From: Eledone cirrhosa
Taxonomy: Eukaryota
DNA: 64,000 bases
Assembly (NCBI GenBank): GCA_964016885.1
Contig: OZ024743.1
Span: forward strand, 91,884,001-91,948,000
Direction: 5' to 3'
Part shown: positions 1-12,787 of the stretch, one piece after another
Numbering within the stretch: position 1 is the stretch's first letter
Layout of the letters: each line of letters begins with the position of its first letter
The notes under the pieces: generated by a model
Seen by the model: only the letters and a program-made list of their open reading frames with translations
Database searches by the model: none
Told to the model about the DNA's origin: nothing
Translations under genes and position numbers: made by a program

Positions 1-195
1 CTCCCCCCCCCCCCTTGTATTTGTCCCTTTCATGTGTGCCCTCGTGGCAAATAAATAGAAATCTATCTATCTATCTATCTATCTATCTATTTTAAATTCC
101 ATCTGTGATAACATTTTACACGTTTTTATTGTATGTAAACTTCCCCCTTTGTATTTGTCCCCTTCTTTTGTGCCCCTGTGGCTAATAAAGAAATA

Positions 196-200
<5 letters not shown>
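1..200 (+). mobile_element. Two relic 3' ends of Tx1-like LINEs, each followed by (ATCT)n
   Basis: Motif ccccttgtatttgtccc...gtggc(a/t)aataaa..aa at 1-60 and ~91-195 matches the 3' end of the full element at 7075-7132. Confidence 0.85.
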
Positions 201-232
<32 letters not shown>

Positions 233-585
233 CTCTATCTATCTATCTATCTCTATATATATATATCTGCCTGTCTGTCTGTCTATCTATCTACCTAGAT
301 CTAGACCTCCCCTCTCATTACGTGACTCAATTTCTCTTTGCATGCCCCACCCCCTCTATCATTATCTAACACACCCTCTCTACACACAGCCCCTTTTATC
401 CTCTCTCTTACACACCATTCCTCTGTTGATCTACCTTCACCCCCACCCACCACATGCTACTATTGTTCTTATTCTTTCGTTGCTTCCCCCACCCCTCTTT
501 AACATTCTCTTTTCTCAATTTTCCCTTTCTCTCTACCCCAATTTTTTCAATATCTCCTTCCTTTACTAAATCTCTCTCTCTCTCT

Positions 586-638
<53 letters not shown>

Positions 639-671
639 TTTCATTTAAGTCTCTCGCACGCTACCAATCAA

Positions 672-770
<99 letters not shown>

Positions 771-795
771 ATATATATATATATGTATATATATG

Positions 796-906
<111 letters not shown>

Positions 907-951
907 TTGTATATATATATTTGTATATATATATATGTATATATATATATG

Positions 952-1028
<77 letters not shown>

Positions 1029-1110
1029 ACTAGAAATTGATTGACATATATATATAAAATAAACACATGAAACAATTACAGGGGATAATTTAATTTAACT
1101 AAATTTATTT

Positions 1111-1169
<59 letters not shown>

Positions 1170-1215
1170 CTATCCGTTTATCTATTTATCCTTCTATCTA
1201 TGTATCTATCTATCT

Positions 1216-1292
1216 AAGATTTTATGTGAAACCCCCGCCGTCACGTCTTGTAATGTCCCATTTTTGTACGCCCCTGTGGCAAATAAAGAAAT
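1216..1292 (+). mobile_element. Third, more diverged relic Tx1 3' end followed by (ATCT)n
   Basis: ttgtaatgtccc...cccctgtggcaaataaagaaatcta resembles the 7085-7135 terminus. Confidence 0.75.
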
Positions 1293-1296
1293 CTAT

Positions 1297-1332
<36 letters not shown>

Positions 1333-1565
1333 AATAATCTAGCTGTCGTCTGTTCTACAGTGTGGATGTCATTCACTTCGCACAGAAGTTTTGTTCAAAT
1401 TTATTGAGGAAATTTTGTGAGTTCAAACTTAATTTTGATACAATTGTGTAGCTTGACCCTCCGTCTGAACTGTCAGGCGGTGGGTCAGCTCATCTTTACC
1501 CCTCCTAGAGGTGAAAAACCTGTTTTAAAAAATTTTGTGTAAAAAATTTCAATCGTCTAACAGAA

Positions 1566-3446
1566 ATGTTAAACGCAGCGAACGAAAATAGTGGTGGGGG
1601 GACAGCGGTAAGAGTTGTAAGCTCGCACGCTTTAGTCCTCCCTTCCTTCCCAACTAACGTCATAGAGAAGGAAGGAAAAATGAAAATAAAAACGGACGAA
1701 TCTGCGGAGGAAAAAAAATTAAATGACGAAAACAACGAAAAAAAAAAATTTGAAAAATTGCATGACAATACTAATAACACAAACAAAGACACAACAAACA
1801 AAAAAATAACAGTTGAAAATAACATAATATCAGAAAACAAAGCAGACGACAAGATTTCTTTTGCACAGAAAACAAAGAAATCTTTGACTTATATAGCGGA
1901 AAACATTTCAGATGTGGTACGAAGGATCACGGACGCAAAACAATACATAAGTGAAGGTGAGAATGGTATTTTATTGGTAAAAATGCCTCAAGAATTCACG
2001 AAAGACATTGAAAGCCGAACGGTCAAGTTTCGGACCATCAACAACAGTACAAAAAAACCTGAACAGCCTTCTCAAGCAGATATCAAAACAGTACTCGCAG
2101 AAGTACTGAATGAAACAACTTTCATAAGAAAAGACAGACTGTATGGAAGCCTAGCAATTATCATGAAGAACGAATCGGCGGCAAAAAAATGTGCTTTGTC
2201 ACCGATTCGTTCGAAAAATTTCACCTTTTATCCATCTTATATGGGGAAAAAAACTCAACGCATATGGCTGGATGCAATGATGCCAGATGTGGACTACTGC
2301 TGGCTCATAGCTGGCTTCATCGATCCAGTGAATGACAACGTGATTTCCATTGGGAAAACCACAGGCAATGCGTTCAGTGGAACAGGTATAGAGCTGGTAG
2401 TACAAATGAAGCCTGAACGCATCGCCCAAATACCCGACAGAATCCTATTAGAGGACCACGGGTATATAAACATTAGCGTGGAGGGGAGAAGGCCGTCCTG
2501 CCATATCTGTGCAGGCAGAGGGCACCTGAAGGCCGCTTGTCCCCAACTCAACAAAAAGAAAACCCTGCTACCAACACCAGCTCCACCACCACCACCACAA
2601 CAGATAAACAAACAACAAAACTCAGTCCCACCCAACCCGTCCCTCAGTAACACCACAACACCACCACAACACAAACAGTCACAACACATTACCCCAAAAC
2701 AAAATACAGGCCCACCCAACCTCTCACTCAATAAAACAACACAACCACCGCAGACACAACACACAACACAGTCTAACATAGTGACATCCATCTCCCCCAC
2801 AAAGAAAACCAACACGGAAACATTACCAGCAAACATACCTCTTCCCTCCAACACTGAAGATAACCCAACGAATTCGGAGGAAGAAACGGAGTCCTTCAGA
2901 CAGATTAAAAGGAAAAAAAGAAAACATGTGCAAAACACACAAGGACAAACAACCCCCACCCAAATCGCAACACAATCTAACAAAACAGAAAACACCCCTC
3001 CAGCAACAAACAAAACCAAACCTGCCCCTCCCCTCTTCGAAACACTCACACCATCGGAAAAAAAGACATTACACTATACTTACATCAACAGAAACAATAA
3101 TAAATTAAATGAACTCATATACAATAATCCTTCGGTACAAACCGAAGGTGTAAACTTTGTTTCATCAGAAAACCACCCACATTTAAAACTAATAAAAATC
3201 CCAATGAACCTCTACCAAAAACTAAAAAAGGATTTTAAGGAGGACGTAGGACCACCCTCTGTCAAACCCATAAACCGCGTCCTACTAAAAAGCTTTCCCC
3301 CTCCCCTTCCCCTCCCCAACACAACTCCAAACACCCCAACCCCACCACACACCGACGACCCCACACCACCACAAGACACCCCTTCACCCAACACCCCCGA
3401 CCCCATGGAAGTCGTGCAACCCGAACCCCGGGAAGCGGAAAGGTAG
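1566..3446 (+). CDS. Tx1 ORF1 (gag-like nucleic-acid-binding protein)
   Basis: 626-aa ORF with CX2CX4HX4C knuckle CHICAGRGHLKAAC, a basic KRKKRK patch and a Pro/Thr-rich C-terminus, directly upstream of ORF2. Confidence 0.88.
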   Translation: MLNAANENSGGGTAVRVVSSHALVLPSFPTNVIEKEGKMKIKTDESAEEKKLNDENNEKKKFEKLHDNTNNTNKDTTNKKITVENNIISENKADDKISFAQKTKKSLTYIAENISDVVRRITDAKQYISEGENGILLVKMPQEFTKDIESRTVKFRTINNSTKKPEQPSQADIKTVLAEVLNETTFIRKDRLYGSLAIIMKNESAAKKCALSPIRSKNFTFYPSYMGKKTQRIWLDAMMPDVDYCWLIAGFIDPVNDNVISIGKTTGNAFSGTGIELVVQMKPERIAQIPDRILLEDHGYINISVEGRRPSCHICAGRGHLKAACPQLNKKKTLLPTPAPPPPPQQINKQQNSVPPNPSLSNTTTPPQHKQSQHITPKQNTGPPNLSLNKTTQPPQTQHTTQSNIVTSISPTKKTNTETLPANIPLPSNTEDNPTNSEEETESFRQIKRKKRKHVQNTQGQTTPTQIATQSNKTENTPPATNKTKPAPPLFETLTPSEKKTLHYTYINRNNNKLNELIYNNPSVQTEGVNFVSSENHPHLKLIKIPMNLYQKLKKDFKEDVGPPSVKPINRVLLKSFPPPLPLPNTTPNTPTPPHTDDPTPPQDTPSPNTPDPMEVVQPEPREAER

Positions 3447-3479
3447 GTCTCTACACTCTCCTTTGGCTCTGCCGCCCAC

Positions 3480-6400
3480 ATGGATGTGTTAAGAGTAGGA
3501 TGTTTGAATGCACGTGGCCTGGGCTCAACTTGGAAGCAAGCAAAGCTTCTAAATGACCTCAGGTCATGTAGTATAAATGTAATGGTTATCTGTGAGACTC
3601 GAATCAGCGTCATGCGGCAGCTGGCCCCCACCTTCGATGACTTTGAGGTGCATGCATCTCTCTGTCAACCTGGAGGTGGGGGTGGGGTTGTCGTGCTGCT
3701 GCAAAAACACCTGGGTCTTGCCGTACAGGTTGTGCACTCGGACCCGGAGGGTCGTTTGTTGGTGCTAGACGTTGGCAGTAGTGAAAGTGCGGCCTTGAGA
3801 CTGGTCGCCGTCTACTCCCCTTTCGGAGCTGAACGGCCCGACTTCTTCCAGCGTTTGGAGACTTTTCTGGGAACGTCGCGTTCCCTGCTTCTAGCGGGGG
3901 ATTGGAATGACATCCTAGATGCACGTTGGGACTATGCAGGAGCATGTCCTAATAGAGGGGGGTGTAACAGCCTCAAGGGGTTACTCGACCGTTTTAACTT
4001 GGTCGATAGATATCGACTAGATTTTCCAACTGTGCCTACCTGGACTTGGAGAAACCACAGTGGTCAATCTAGATCGTACTTAGATAGATTCTTAGTTAGA
4101 AGTAAGGATAGGGACATATTAAGCTGTCCAGAAATGCGCACGGTTGGCTACACGGATCACAAATTAGTGACCTGCGTGGTCAATCTCGAGAAAACACATA
4201 GACAGGGTCCCGGTTACTGGAAACTTAATTTGTCTTTACCGGCAAAAGAGACTTACAGAAACCGGATTAGCAGATTAGTTAAGGAGAGGTTGACGGGTGC
4301 AATCGTCAACAACCGATGGTGGGCATCTCTCAAAAGAGAGATTAGAACAGAATCAATAAGTTATAGCAAGATGTTAGCTGCCAATAGGAATAGAAACGAG
4401 AAAGAATTAACAGGTAAATTAGAAGAGGCAATCAAGAGCGAAGATGTGGCCAGAGTGCTGGCATCGAGGACGGCCTTGAACCAGTTTTTCGATGCAAAGC
4501 ATGAAGGCTGCGTCATTCGAAGTAAAATACGTGCTCTAAGTAATGAGGGGGCCAAAGCCGTTGGATGGGCCCGCGTGACAGAAGCTAAAAGTGGAAATCG
4601 ATCCACCATCCGGTCGTTGCAAGACGAAGATGGACGAGTGATCCGGGAGCCTAAGCAGATGTGCGAGGCCTTTCAAAAGCACTTTGCCCGATTGTTCGGG
4701 GGAGGCGAGGGTCCGGGCCGGGGCGTGGATTTCGGTCCATACCTCGACGGCCTGCCGCGTCTCTCGAACAAAGAGGCAGAGTCCTGCGAGGGACCAATCT
4801 CGGCTGATGAGATCGGAGATGCGCTGAGCCAATGCAGCAGACGCAAATCTCCAGGTCTCGATGGTATACCTTACGAACTTTATTTAGCAATGCCGGTCTT
4901 CTTCTCCGAACTCCTCGAAGCGGTCTACTGCAATTGGCAGCAGAACGGGAGAATTCCTTGTTCTGTAGCCAAGGGCGTAGTCACGCTGGTGAGGAAGGAC
5001 GAGAACAAGGGGGATAGTATAAATAATTTTCGGCCCATAACCCTGCTAAACACAGAGTTAAAGATTTTGGCCAAGGTGTTAGCAAAGAGGTTGGCGCTTG
5101 TCGTGGGTGGCCTGGTGGGAGATGCGCAGACATGTGCTATCCCATCCAGGTCCATTCACGATAACCTCCACCTCATGCGATACATCATAGAGAGGGTTGG
5201 CAACAAACCCGGCTTCGGTGGGGCCCTGATCAACTTGGATCAGTCTAAGGCCTTCGATAGGGTCGACCATGGTTACCTGGATGCGGTGCTAGCGGCGGCT
5301 GGGTTCGGTCCTGTTTTCAGAGGCTGGATCACTGCCCTACATAGCAACCACATCTGTTCTAGGATCAAGGTGAACGGCTACCTTTCGAAGCCGTTCGAAA
5401 TCACACGATCCATTCGACAGGGGTGCCCTCTCTCCTCCCTTCTGTACGTATTGACTCTCGAGCCTTTACTGAGGAAGTTGGAGTTGTTGCAGGGTATCCC
5501 CCTGGAACCAGGATTGAGCAAAGCGGTGTCGGCCTACGCCGATGACGTAACAGTAATGGTATCAACCGACTCGGAGATCGAGGCGATCGGTACCTTACTG
5601 GAGGAGTACGAAAGGTTGTCAGGAGCGAAACTGAACCGGGAAAAATCCATCGGGCTGCAACTCGGAACGTGGAGAGGCAGACCGATGCCTCCTGACGGTG
5701 TCGTCGGACACTGGACGGAGGGCCCGGTAAAGTTGCTTGGGGTCTGGTTTGGACCGGACCTCCAGGTGGAAAAGAACTGGAACGAGGTTACGAACAAGGT
5801 GTTTGCACTAACCCAGAAATGGGCCAAGTGTAAGCTGTCCCTAAAAGGCCGGGCGGAGGTGGCGAACATTTACATAGCGTCCGTCACTTACTACCGCCTG
5901 ACTGTCGTGCCTTGCCCTAAGGAAACACTCACCACCATGGAACGCCTGCTCTTCCAATTTCTTTGGAAGAAGCGTCCTCCTATGGTGAGAAGATCCATCT
6001 GCTGCCAACAACCTTCGAAAGGAGGGCTGGGGATGCCGTGGTTGATGATGCGTAGGCACGCATTAAGGCTACGGCACCTACAGGTATTCCTCACTGGTCA
6101 ACCGGTGTGGGCTCCGTTCGTGAAACGAGCCTTTCCGAGACTCGTCTCACTCACCGAGCTACAGTCCTGGGTCAAGCAAAGATCCGGAAAACTGGGAGAC
6201 TGGCACACTGAGTGTGCTCAGGCGCTCAGGGCTCTCTGGCAAGCGGGCCGGGCCATCGGTGGAGAATCCACCTCATCATTCTATAGAGGGCTGGTGGCTA
6301 GCAGGGGCGATGACACCCTTGGAGAGTCGCTGGACATGGAAGAAGACGAACTGGCCAGCCTGTTCGGTAGGACTTTCGGCCCAGGACCAATGGACAACTT

Positions 6401-6917
6401 CCAGAAGTCACTGGCCTGGCAGTGCTACCGAGGGGCTCTACCCGTTCGAGAGAGGCTCTACAGACACGGGCGCCCGGGCAGGGATCCCTCAAAAAAGATT
6501 TGCCCTAGATGCGTGCGTCACGAAGAAACCGTGGCGCACGCATTGGTGCAATGTCCGGGCGTGGCTGATCTGTGGGGCTACGCCGAACAACTGCTGTCGC
6601 GGGTGGCGCCGATTAAATTGACCGCCGAGTCCGTGATGACAATCAAACCGCCTCCCCTCTTCACAAAGGAAGCAAAGGCGGTTTTTCTGTGCGTAATAGC
6701 CATGTTGAAAGAGGTTGTTTGGTGGACACGATTGAAAGGTCTGAGGTCAGGCAACTTCCTCTCTGGCCATAGTCTGGTCTACTTCTTCCGATATCACTTC
6801 GGAAGAAGGATAAGAATGGAGAGAGAGGTGCTTGGCCACAGGCAGTTTTATGAAAGGTGGGTGATAGTGGCGAGAATGGCTCGTGTAAATGGGCCTTCTC
6901 TGTATACCATCCTGTAG
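3480..6917 (+). CDS. Tx1 ORF2: APE endonuclease + reverse transcriptase + CCHC finger
   Basis: APE motifs LNARGL, CETR, GDWN, YLDRF, TDH. RT motifs SPGLDG, FRPITLLN, KAFDRV, QGCPLS, YADD. C-terminal CPRC-x8-H-x4-C. No stops in 1145 aa. Confidence 0.97.
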   Translation: MDVLRVGCLNARGLGSTWKQAKLLNDLRSCSINVMVICETRISVMRQLAPTFDDFEVHASLCQPGGGGGVVVLLQKHLGLAVQVVHSDPEGRLLVLDVGSSESAALRLVAVYSPFGAERPDFFQRLETFLGTSRSLLLAGDWNDILDARWDYAGACPNRGGCNSLKGLLDRFNLVDRYRLDFPTVPTWTWRNHSGQSRSYLDRFLVRSKDRDILSCPEMRTVGYTDHKLVTCVVNLEKTHRQGPGYWKLNLSLPAKETYRNRISRLVKERLTGAIVNNRWWASLKREIRTESISYSKMLAANRNRNEKELTGKLEEAIKSEDVARVLASRTALNQFFDAKHEGCVIRSKIRALSNEGAKAVGWARVTEAKSGNRSTIRSLQDEDGRVIREPKQMCEAFQKHFARLFGGGEGPGRGVDFGPYLDGLPRLSNKEAESCEGPISADEIGDALSQCSRRKSPGLDGIPYELYLAMPVFFSELLEAVYCNWQQNGRIPCSVAKGVVTLVRKDENKGDSINNFRPITLLNTELKILAKVLAKRLALVVGGLVGDAQTCAIPSRSIHDNLHLMRYIIERVGNKPGFGGALINLDQSKAFDRVDHGYLDAVLAAAGFGPVFRGWITALHSNHICSRIKVNGYLSKPFEITRSIRQGCPLSSLLYVLTLEPLLRKLELLQGIPLEPGLSKAVSAYADDVTVMVSTDSEIEAIGTLLEEYERLSGAKLNREKSIGLQLGTWRGRPMPPDGVVGHWTEGPVKLLGVWFGPDLQVEKNWNEVTNKVFALTQKWAKCKLSLKGRAEVANIYIASVTYYRLTVVPCPKETLTTMERLLFQFLWKKRPPMVRRSICCQQPSKGGLGMPWLMMRRHALRLRHLQVFLTGQPVWAPFVKRAFPRLVSLTELQSWVKQRSGKLGDWHTECAQALRALWQAGRAIGGESTSSFYRGLVASRGDDTLGESLDMEEDELASLFGRTFGPGPMDNFQKSLAWQCYRGALPVRERLYRHGRPGRDPSKKICPRCVRHEETVAHALVQCPGVADLWGYAEQLLSRVAPIKLTAESVMTIKPPPLFTKEAKAVFLCVIAMLKEVVWWTRLKGLRSGNFLSGHSLVYFFRYHFGRRIRMEREVLGHRQFYERWVIVARMARVNGPSLYTIL

Positions 6918-7131
6918 GTAAAGAAGTAAAGGAGAGGGGAGCACCTTCTCCATGTGCTCCCCGGGCAAAGGATTGCACACTTTTTCGGGGGTGTGTGCAA
7001 CCCCCATCACGTCCCCTCCCTTTTGAGGTTATTTTCGATTATTTTCATGTTACACCCTTTTTACTCGATTATATGTAAACTCCCCCTTTGTATTTGTCCC
7101 TTCTTTTTATGCCTTTATGGTAAATAAAGAA

Positions 7132-7186
<55 letters not shown>

Positions 7187-8050
7187 CACCCAACCATCAA
7201 GCTGTTATTCTATCTATATAACGACTCAACCATCTATTTATCTATTTATTTATCAACCGTGTGTATCTAACTATATAACAATCTTCCAAATTTATTTATT
7301 TCCACACACACACACACACGTGTACAAACAAACGCACAACATACATATACACATACACCTGCACCTACATACACACCCACACACAAACATACAAACAGTA
7401 ACAGGCATTGAAACACACCATCTAACACACCTCCTCCCCCACCACCATCCACCTATTCACTCTCCTTCCCATAACTCTACTTTCACTTTCATTCTTCCCT
7501 TTGCATTGTTTACATACGTTCTCCCCCACTTATAACACAGGCACACACTCCCTCTCTCTCTCTATCAATCTATCTCTCTACCTCTCACTCTACCTCTTTC
7601 TTTCCCTCTCTTTACCTCTTTCTTTCTCTCTCTACCTTTTTTCTCTCTTTCTCGCTTTCGTTCTCTTTCTCCCTCTCTCCACCTCTCTCTGTGTGCACTC
7701 TCACTTCGTTCTCTTACCTGTCACTACTATTCCTCCCTAACTAACACCACCTCCTACCACCACTACTTCCACCTATCTGCATCATTACACTAATCTCAGA
7801 GAAAGCCGCCACTGTCTCTCTCTGTCTCCCTCGCTTCTCCTTTCTTTCTGCCCTCCTGACGACAGAAAAACACAGACAGACAGACAGAGGCAAAACACAC
7901 ACAACACTGTAGTAAATTACACCTTTCAATACATCATACACAAACGAATATATATACGATACATACATACATACATACATACATAGATACATACATACAT
8001 ACATACATACATACATACATACATACATACATACATACATACATACATAC

Positions 8051-8365
8051 ATGGTGGCTGCCAACTCGTTTTCGAGTACGGCCACTACTTTATATCCATG
8101 TAGGAGAACCCCTACCGATGCGCTGAACGAGTGTGACTTTTTAGTCCAGCCAGCGACTTGAAAACTCTGGTACAAACACTACACTTGTGACCATTATTGA
8201 CACATATTGCTGGGCCCATGGTACCATGTGAGGACAAGTGCAGAGAGATCTCCAGATATAAAGCAATGCCTGTGCCGTGAAGCTTTTATAGTGAGCAAAG
8301 GCACTGCACAAAGCCAGTCCCACTCTCTTAACCAAGATGATATTTACCAAAAAGAAGAACAAGTC
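8051..8365. mobile_element. Unclassified ~315-bp insertion within a (CATA)n tract
   Basis: Higher-complexity sequence with (CATA)n on both sides (7958-8050, 8366-8425). No convincing ORF. Confidence 0.4.
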
Positions 8366-8394
8366 ATACATACATACATACATACATACATACA

Positions 8395-8454
<60 letters not shown>

Positions 8455-8549
8455 AATTAGCGAGAATCATATTTCGGGTATTGGAAATTAGCGAAAAAAC
8501 AACTTCCGAGATGTGTGGCAAGCGCTCCGTAGAAGCTAGTGAATATATA

Positions 8550-8585
<36 letters not shown>

Positions 8586-8796
8586 TGTATGTATGTATGT
8601 ATAAGTAATTATCAAATATGTTTTTTTAGGATTTTGAACACATGTTTGTTTGTAAAATTCTTTCAAAGGAGTATGGAACATCCTTTTATACTGTTTATTA
8701 TAATAAATTACTGTATTTTGAGCTGTTCTTAACTTCACTTATGTTTCTAATTCTTTATATTGTCTTTGTAAAAAACGATATCTTTTTCACACACAC

Positions 8797-8860
<64 letters not shown>

Positions 8861-8867
<7 letters not shown>

Positions 8868-9179
8868 AGTCGTTTGGAAGCCTCGACAATGCAAATGGGT
8901 AAATCTCCGGGTAACAAGGTCCGGTGGTGGAGAGAGAGATATGTAAGTGGGTGTACGTTGAGATGCGTGGTGTGTAAAAGATGCTTGTATCCCTTCATTC
9001 TACACATCTCACACATCTTATACACACCACACATCTCAACGTACACCCACTTACATATCTCTCTCTCTCCACCACCGGACCTTGTTACCCGGAGATTTAC
9101 TCATTTGCATTGTCGAGGCTTCCAAACGACTTATAAATATTTACTTATTGTTCCACAATGCTTCAAGCAAACTTCAATA

Positions 9180-9186
<7 letters not shown>
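8861..9186 (+). mobile_element. (TA)n-embedded foldback element, family F (related copy 47190-47428)
   Basis: Inverted arms of ~120 bp (8861-8984 / 9013-9139) plus tail cacaatgcttcaagcaaactt, which is shared with 47396-47428. Confidence 0.8.
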
Positions 9187-9234
<48 letters not shown>

Positions 9235-9403
9235 ATGAGTTGTTACTAGTAAGACCATAGTAATTCAACTCTAGTACTCTCTACTTAAGGAAAGTAGAGT
9301 GTCGATATGGTAGATAAGAGGACAAGGTAAACAATGCTCAATCTAGTACAAGAGAGCTTATATAGTTTATATCAATATATACTAAATTTAATATAAACTA
9401 AAT

Positions 9404-9515
<112 letters not shown>

Positions 9516-9618
9516 TATATATTATATATATATAATATATATATTATATATATATATAATATATATATATATATATAATATATATATATATATTATATAT
9601 ATATAATATATATATTAT

Positions 9619-9690
<72 letters not shown>

Positions 9691-9700
9691 TATATATATT

Positions 9701-9801
<101 letters not shown>

Positions 9802-9814
9802 ATATATATATATT

Positions 9815-9859
<45 letters not shown>

Positions 9860-9865
9860 TATATT

Positions 9866-9910
<45 letters not shown>

Positions 9911-9993
9911 TATATTATATATATATAATATATATATATATATTATATATATATTATATATATATATATATATATAATATATATATATATATT

Positions 9994-10038
<45 letters not shown>

Positions 10039-10044
10039 TATATT

Positions 10045-10089
<45 letters not shown>

Positions 10090-10112
10090 TATATTATATA
10101 TATATATATTAT

Positions 10113-10181
<69 letters not shown>

Positions 10182-10232
10182 CGATGAAATACCAATGATG
10201 GTTGGAAGATCACTGATGAAGGATTAACTTTA

Positions 10233-10276
<44 letters not shown>

Positions 10277-10279
<3 letters not shown>

Positions 10280-10451
10280 GATATATTAACAAATGGAAAC
10301 TATATTTATAAAACCATAAATATGGTTTTATAAATATAGTTTCCATTTGTTAATATATCGTATTTTTACTCCAATAATTTGTTGCGTGCTTTATATCAGT
10401 TATAAAAATATTTGCTTGTTGTATCCCAACAATTTAAATAGAACTTCTACA
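10277..10451 (+). mobile_element. (TA)n-embedded foldback, family C (PLE 3' end)
   Basis: Hairpin 10277-10362 plus tail. Homologous to 22476-22916. Confidence 0.8.
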
Positions 10452-10465
10452 TATATATATATATA

Positions 10466-10526
<61 letters not shown>

Positions 10527-10529
<3 letters not shown>

Positions 10530-10631
10530 TTCTAGTCCTGTAGAATCTCATCTATATTAAAATGTTATACTCTGCTATGTATTGAGTACCTTACTTACTG
10601 TGGTTACCTCCGATTCAACCCGGAATAACGT
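10527..10631 (+). mobile_element. Family B PLE-like 3' end (3' half of HHR plus tail)
   Basis: cagttctagtcctgtagaatct matches the HHR 3' half at 36821-36845 (-). The tail matches 36992-37045. Confidence 0.75.
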
Positions 10632-10637
10632 ATATAT

Positions 10638-10712
<75 letters not shown>

Positions 10713-10716
<4 letters not shown>

Positions 10717-10932
10717 AACGAGTAGGACCCCGACGGCTGAGCTCAAGCCGTTTCGACGGCTAATTCTGGACCATATTATTCATATACAGTGAAATGGTCC
10801 AGAATTAGCCGTAAAATCAGCTTGAGCTCAGCCGTCGGGGTCCTACTCGTTCCTATTACCCACTCTACTACCCTAAGTATTGAGTACTTTGGTGCGTTAT
10901 GGTGCACCTGGTTCCTTACCACATTTCCTTCG

Positions 10933-10934
<2 letters not shown>
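10713..10934 (+). mobile_element. Family A foldback element. Other copies: 14333-14485 +, 15256-15452 +, 22332-22456 +, 26629-26823 -, 28459-28618 -, 37078-37269 -, 46773-46963 -, 51891-52025 +, 58475-58613 -
   Basis: Shared core GAAACGGCTTGAGCTC(A/T)GCCGTCGGGGTC and tail TATTACCCACTCTACTACCCTAAGTATTGAGTAC...CCTTACCAC. Most copies have an inverted arm, and all end in (TA)n. Confidence 0.9.
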
Positions 10935-10972
<38 letters not shown>

Positions 10973-11247
10973 ATATATATATATATAATCACCAATCTGT
11001 CCAGTTCGTTTGTCTATCAGCATATCAGGAAAAAATTATACATTTTCTCTGTATTTTGTCTGAGGAGGACATATTTTGCTTTATGTTTTACATAAAAGTT
11101 TACATCTTCGAAATATATATAATGAAATAAATAGAGATGATATAAAGTATATATCTTTCGTTTATTTCTATTATTATTATTATATCTATCTATCTATCTA
11201 TCTATCTCTCTCTCTATATATATATATATCTAAGGACATGATTTATG

Positions 11248-11283
<36 letters not shown>

Positions 11284-11455
11284 GGGGGGAGAGGGGAGGG
11301 GGAGAGAAAAAGAGAGAGAGAGATAGACAGGTAGGGATTTATATATACATATATATTCGTATATATTTGTATGATTATGTATGTATATATGTAGGTAGGT
11401 AGGTAGGCATATGTGCGTGTATATATATATATATGTATATGTATATAATTGCAGC

Positions 11456-11486
<31 letters not shown>

Positions 11487-11744
11487 TAGGCGATGCATTC
11501 ACTGCAAAAGTTCGCCTGTTTCACTTTCTGCTCACTGTAAATAAATATAAGTTTAAGTTGGCCTTGCGGCTGATTATGTTAAAGAAAACAGTATCAAAGA
11601 TATTTTGCTGAGGGCCAGAGAGAGAAGTGAGAGTGTGTTGTATTAAGTGAGAGGGGGATATGTCGGGAACAGAGCGGGGGTGTGTGGAGGAGTGAGCGAT
11701 ATGTGGGAGCAAGACTTGAAGGTGAGAGTCATAAGGGAGCGAGA

Positions 11745-11882
11745 ATAGTTACGTCCCCTTACGATCTGAGTTCAAATCCCGCCGAGGTTGACTTTGGCTT
11801 TTATCCTTACGGGGTCGATAAAATAAAGTACCAGTAATGTACTGGGTAATTGCTGGCCTTGTGCCTAAAGTAGAAGCAATTA
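11745..11882 (+). mobile_element. 5'-truncated tRNA-derived SINE followed by expanded (ATATT)n to ~12148
   Basis: B box GAGTTCAAATCC and central cctttcatccttacggggtcgataaaataaagtaccag block (resembles the Meta/RUDI-type SINE domain, from memory). Confidence 0.85.
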
Positions 11883-12265
11883 TATTATATTACATTATAT
11901 TATATTACATTATATTATATTATGTTATATTATATTATATTATATTACATTACATTACATTACATTATATTATATTATATTATATTATATTATATATTAT
12001 ATTATATTATATATTATATTATATTATATTATATTATATATTATATTATATTCTATTATATTATATTATATGATACCATATACCATATCATATTAGTTTA
12101 TATTATATATTGAGAGAGATTATATCACATCATATTATATTATATTATTCATATACAGTGAAATGCTACCGGTTTTCGTGATCTATTACACAAGTTACAC
12201 ACCTTAAATACGCTCACGAATGCACACGCTCGCATACACAAGCACATACACACTGCGCAACACGC

Positions 12266-12322
<57 letters not shown>

Positions 12323-12741
12323 AAAATTGAACGGGAACAAAACAGAGAGGTAGTACAAACAAAGGTTTATTAATTTCACGCTCTTAAGAGTGGGGTGGTG
12401 ATAAAATAAATAACATAAAAACGAAGTAAGTAGATAAAAGTAATTTCTATTTTAGGCTCAAGACCAGCAATTTAAGGGAAGAGAAATCGATTAACTCTAC
12501 CAGTACTTAACAGATACTTTATTTTACCCACCCTGAAACCCTGGAATGGTGAATATTAATAGTAATAAAACCAATTTCTTTATTTTCCACAAGGACAACA
12601 GATAAGAGAACAGTTATTAAGTCATTCGGAAAGGCGGGAATATGATCAACTCGTTTACTATTAAGTAAGACGCATGCGCTGAAAAAAATACCGAAAGGTG
12701 AGAAAAGGCATATAAATAAATAAATAATATATTTATATACT

Positions 12742-12787
<46 letters not shown>

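Larger units (their letters stand above)
1336..7132 (+). mobile_element. Apparently full-length Tx1 (L1-group) non-LTR retrotransposon
   Basis: About 230-bp 5' UTR, two uninterrupted ORFs 33 nt apart, ~210-bp 3' UTR ending AATAAAGAA. (TCTA)n lies on both flanks. The 5' boundary is approximate. Confidence 0.93.
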
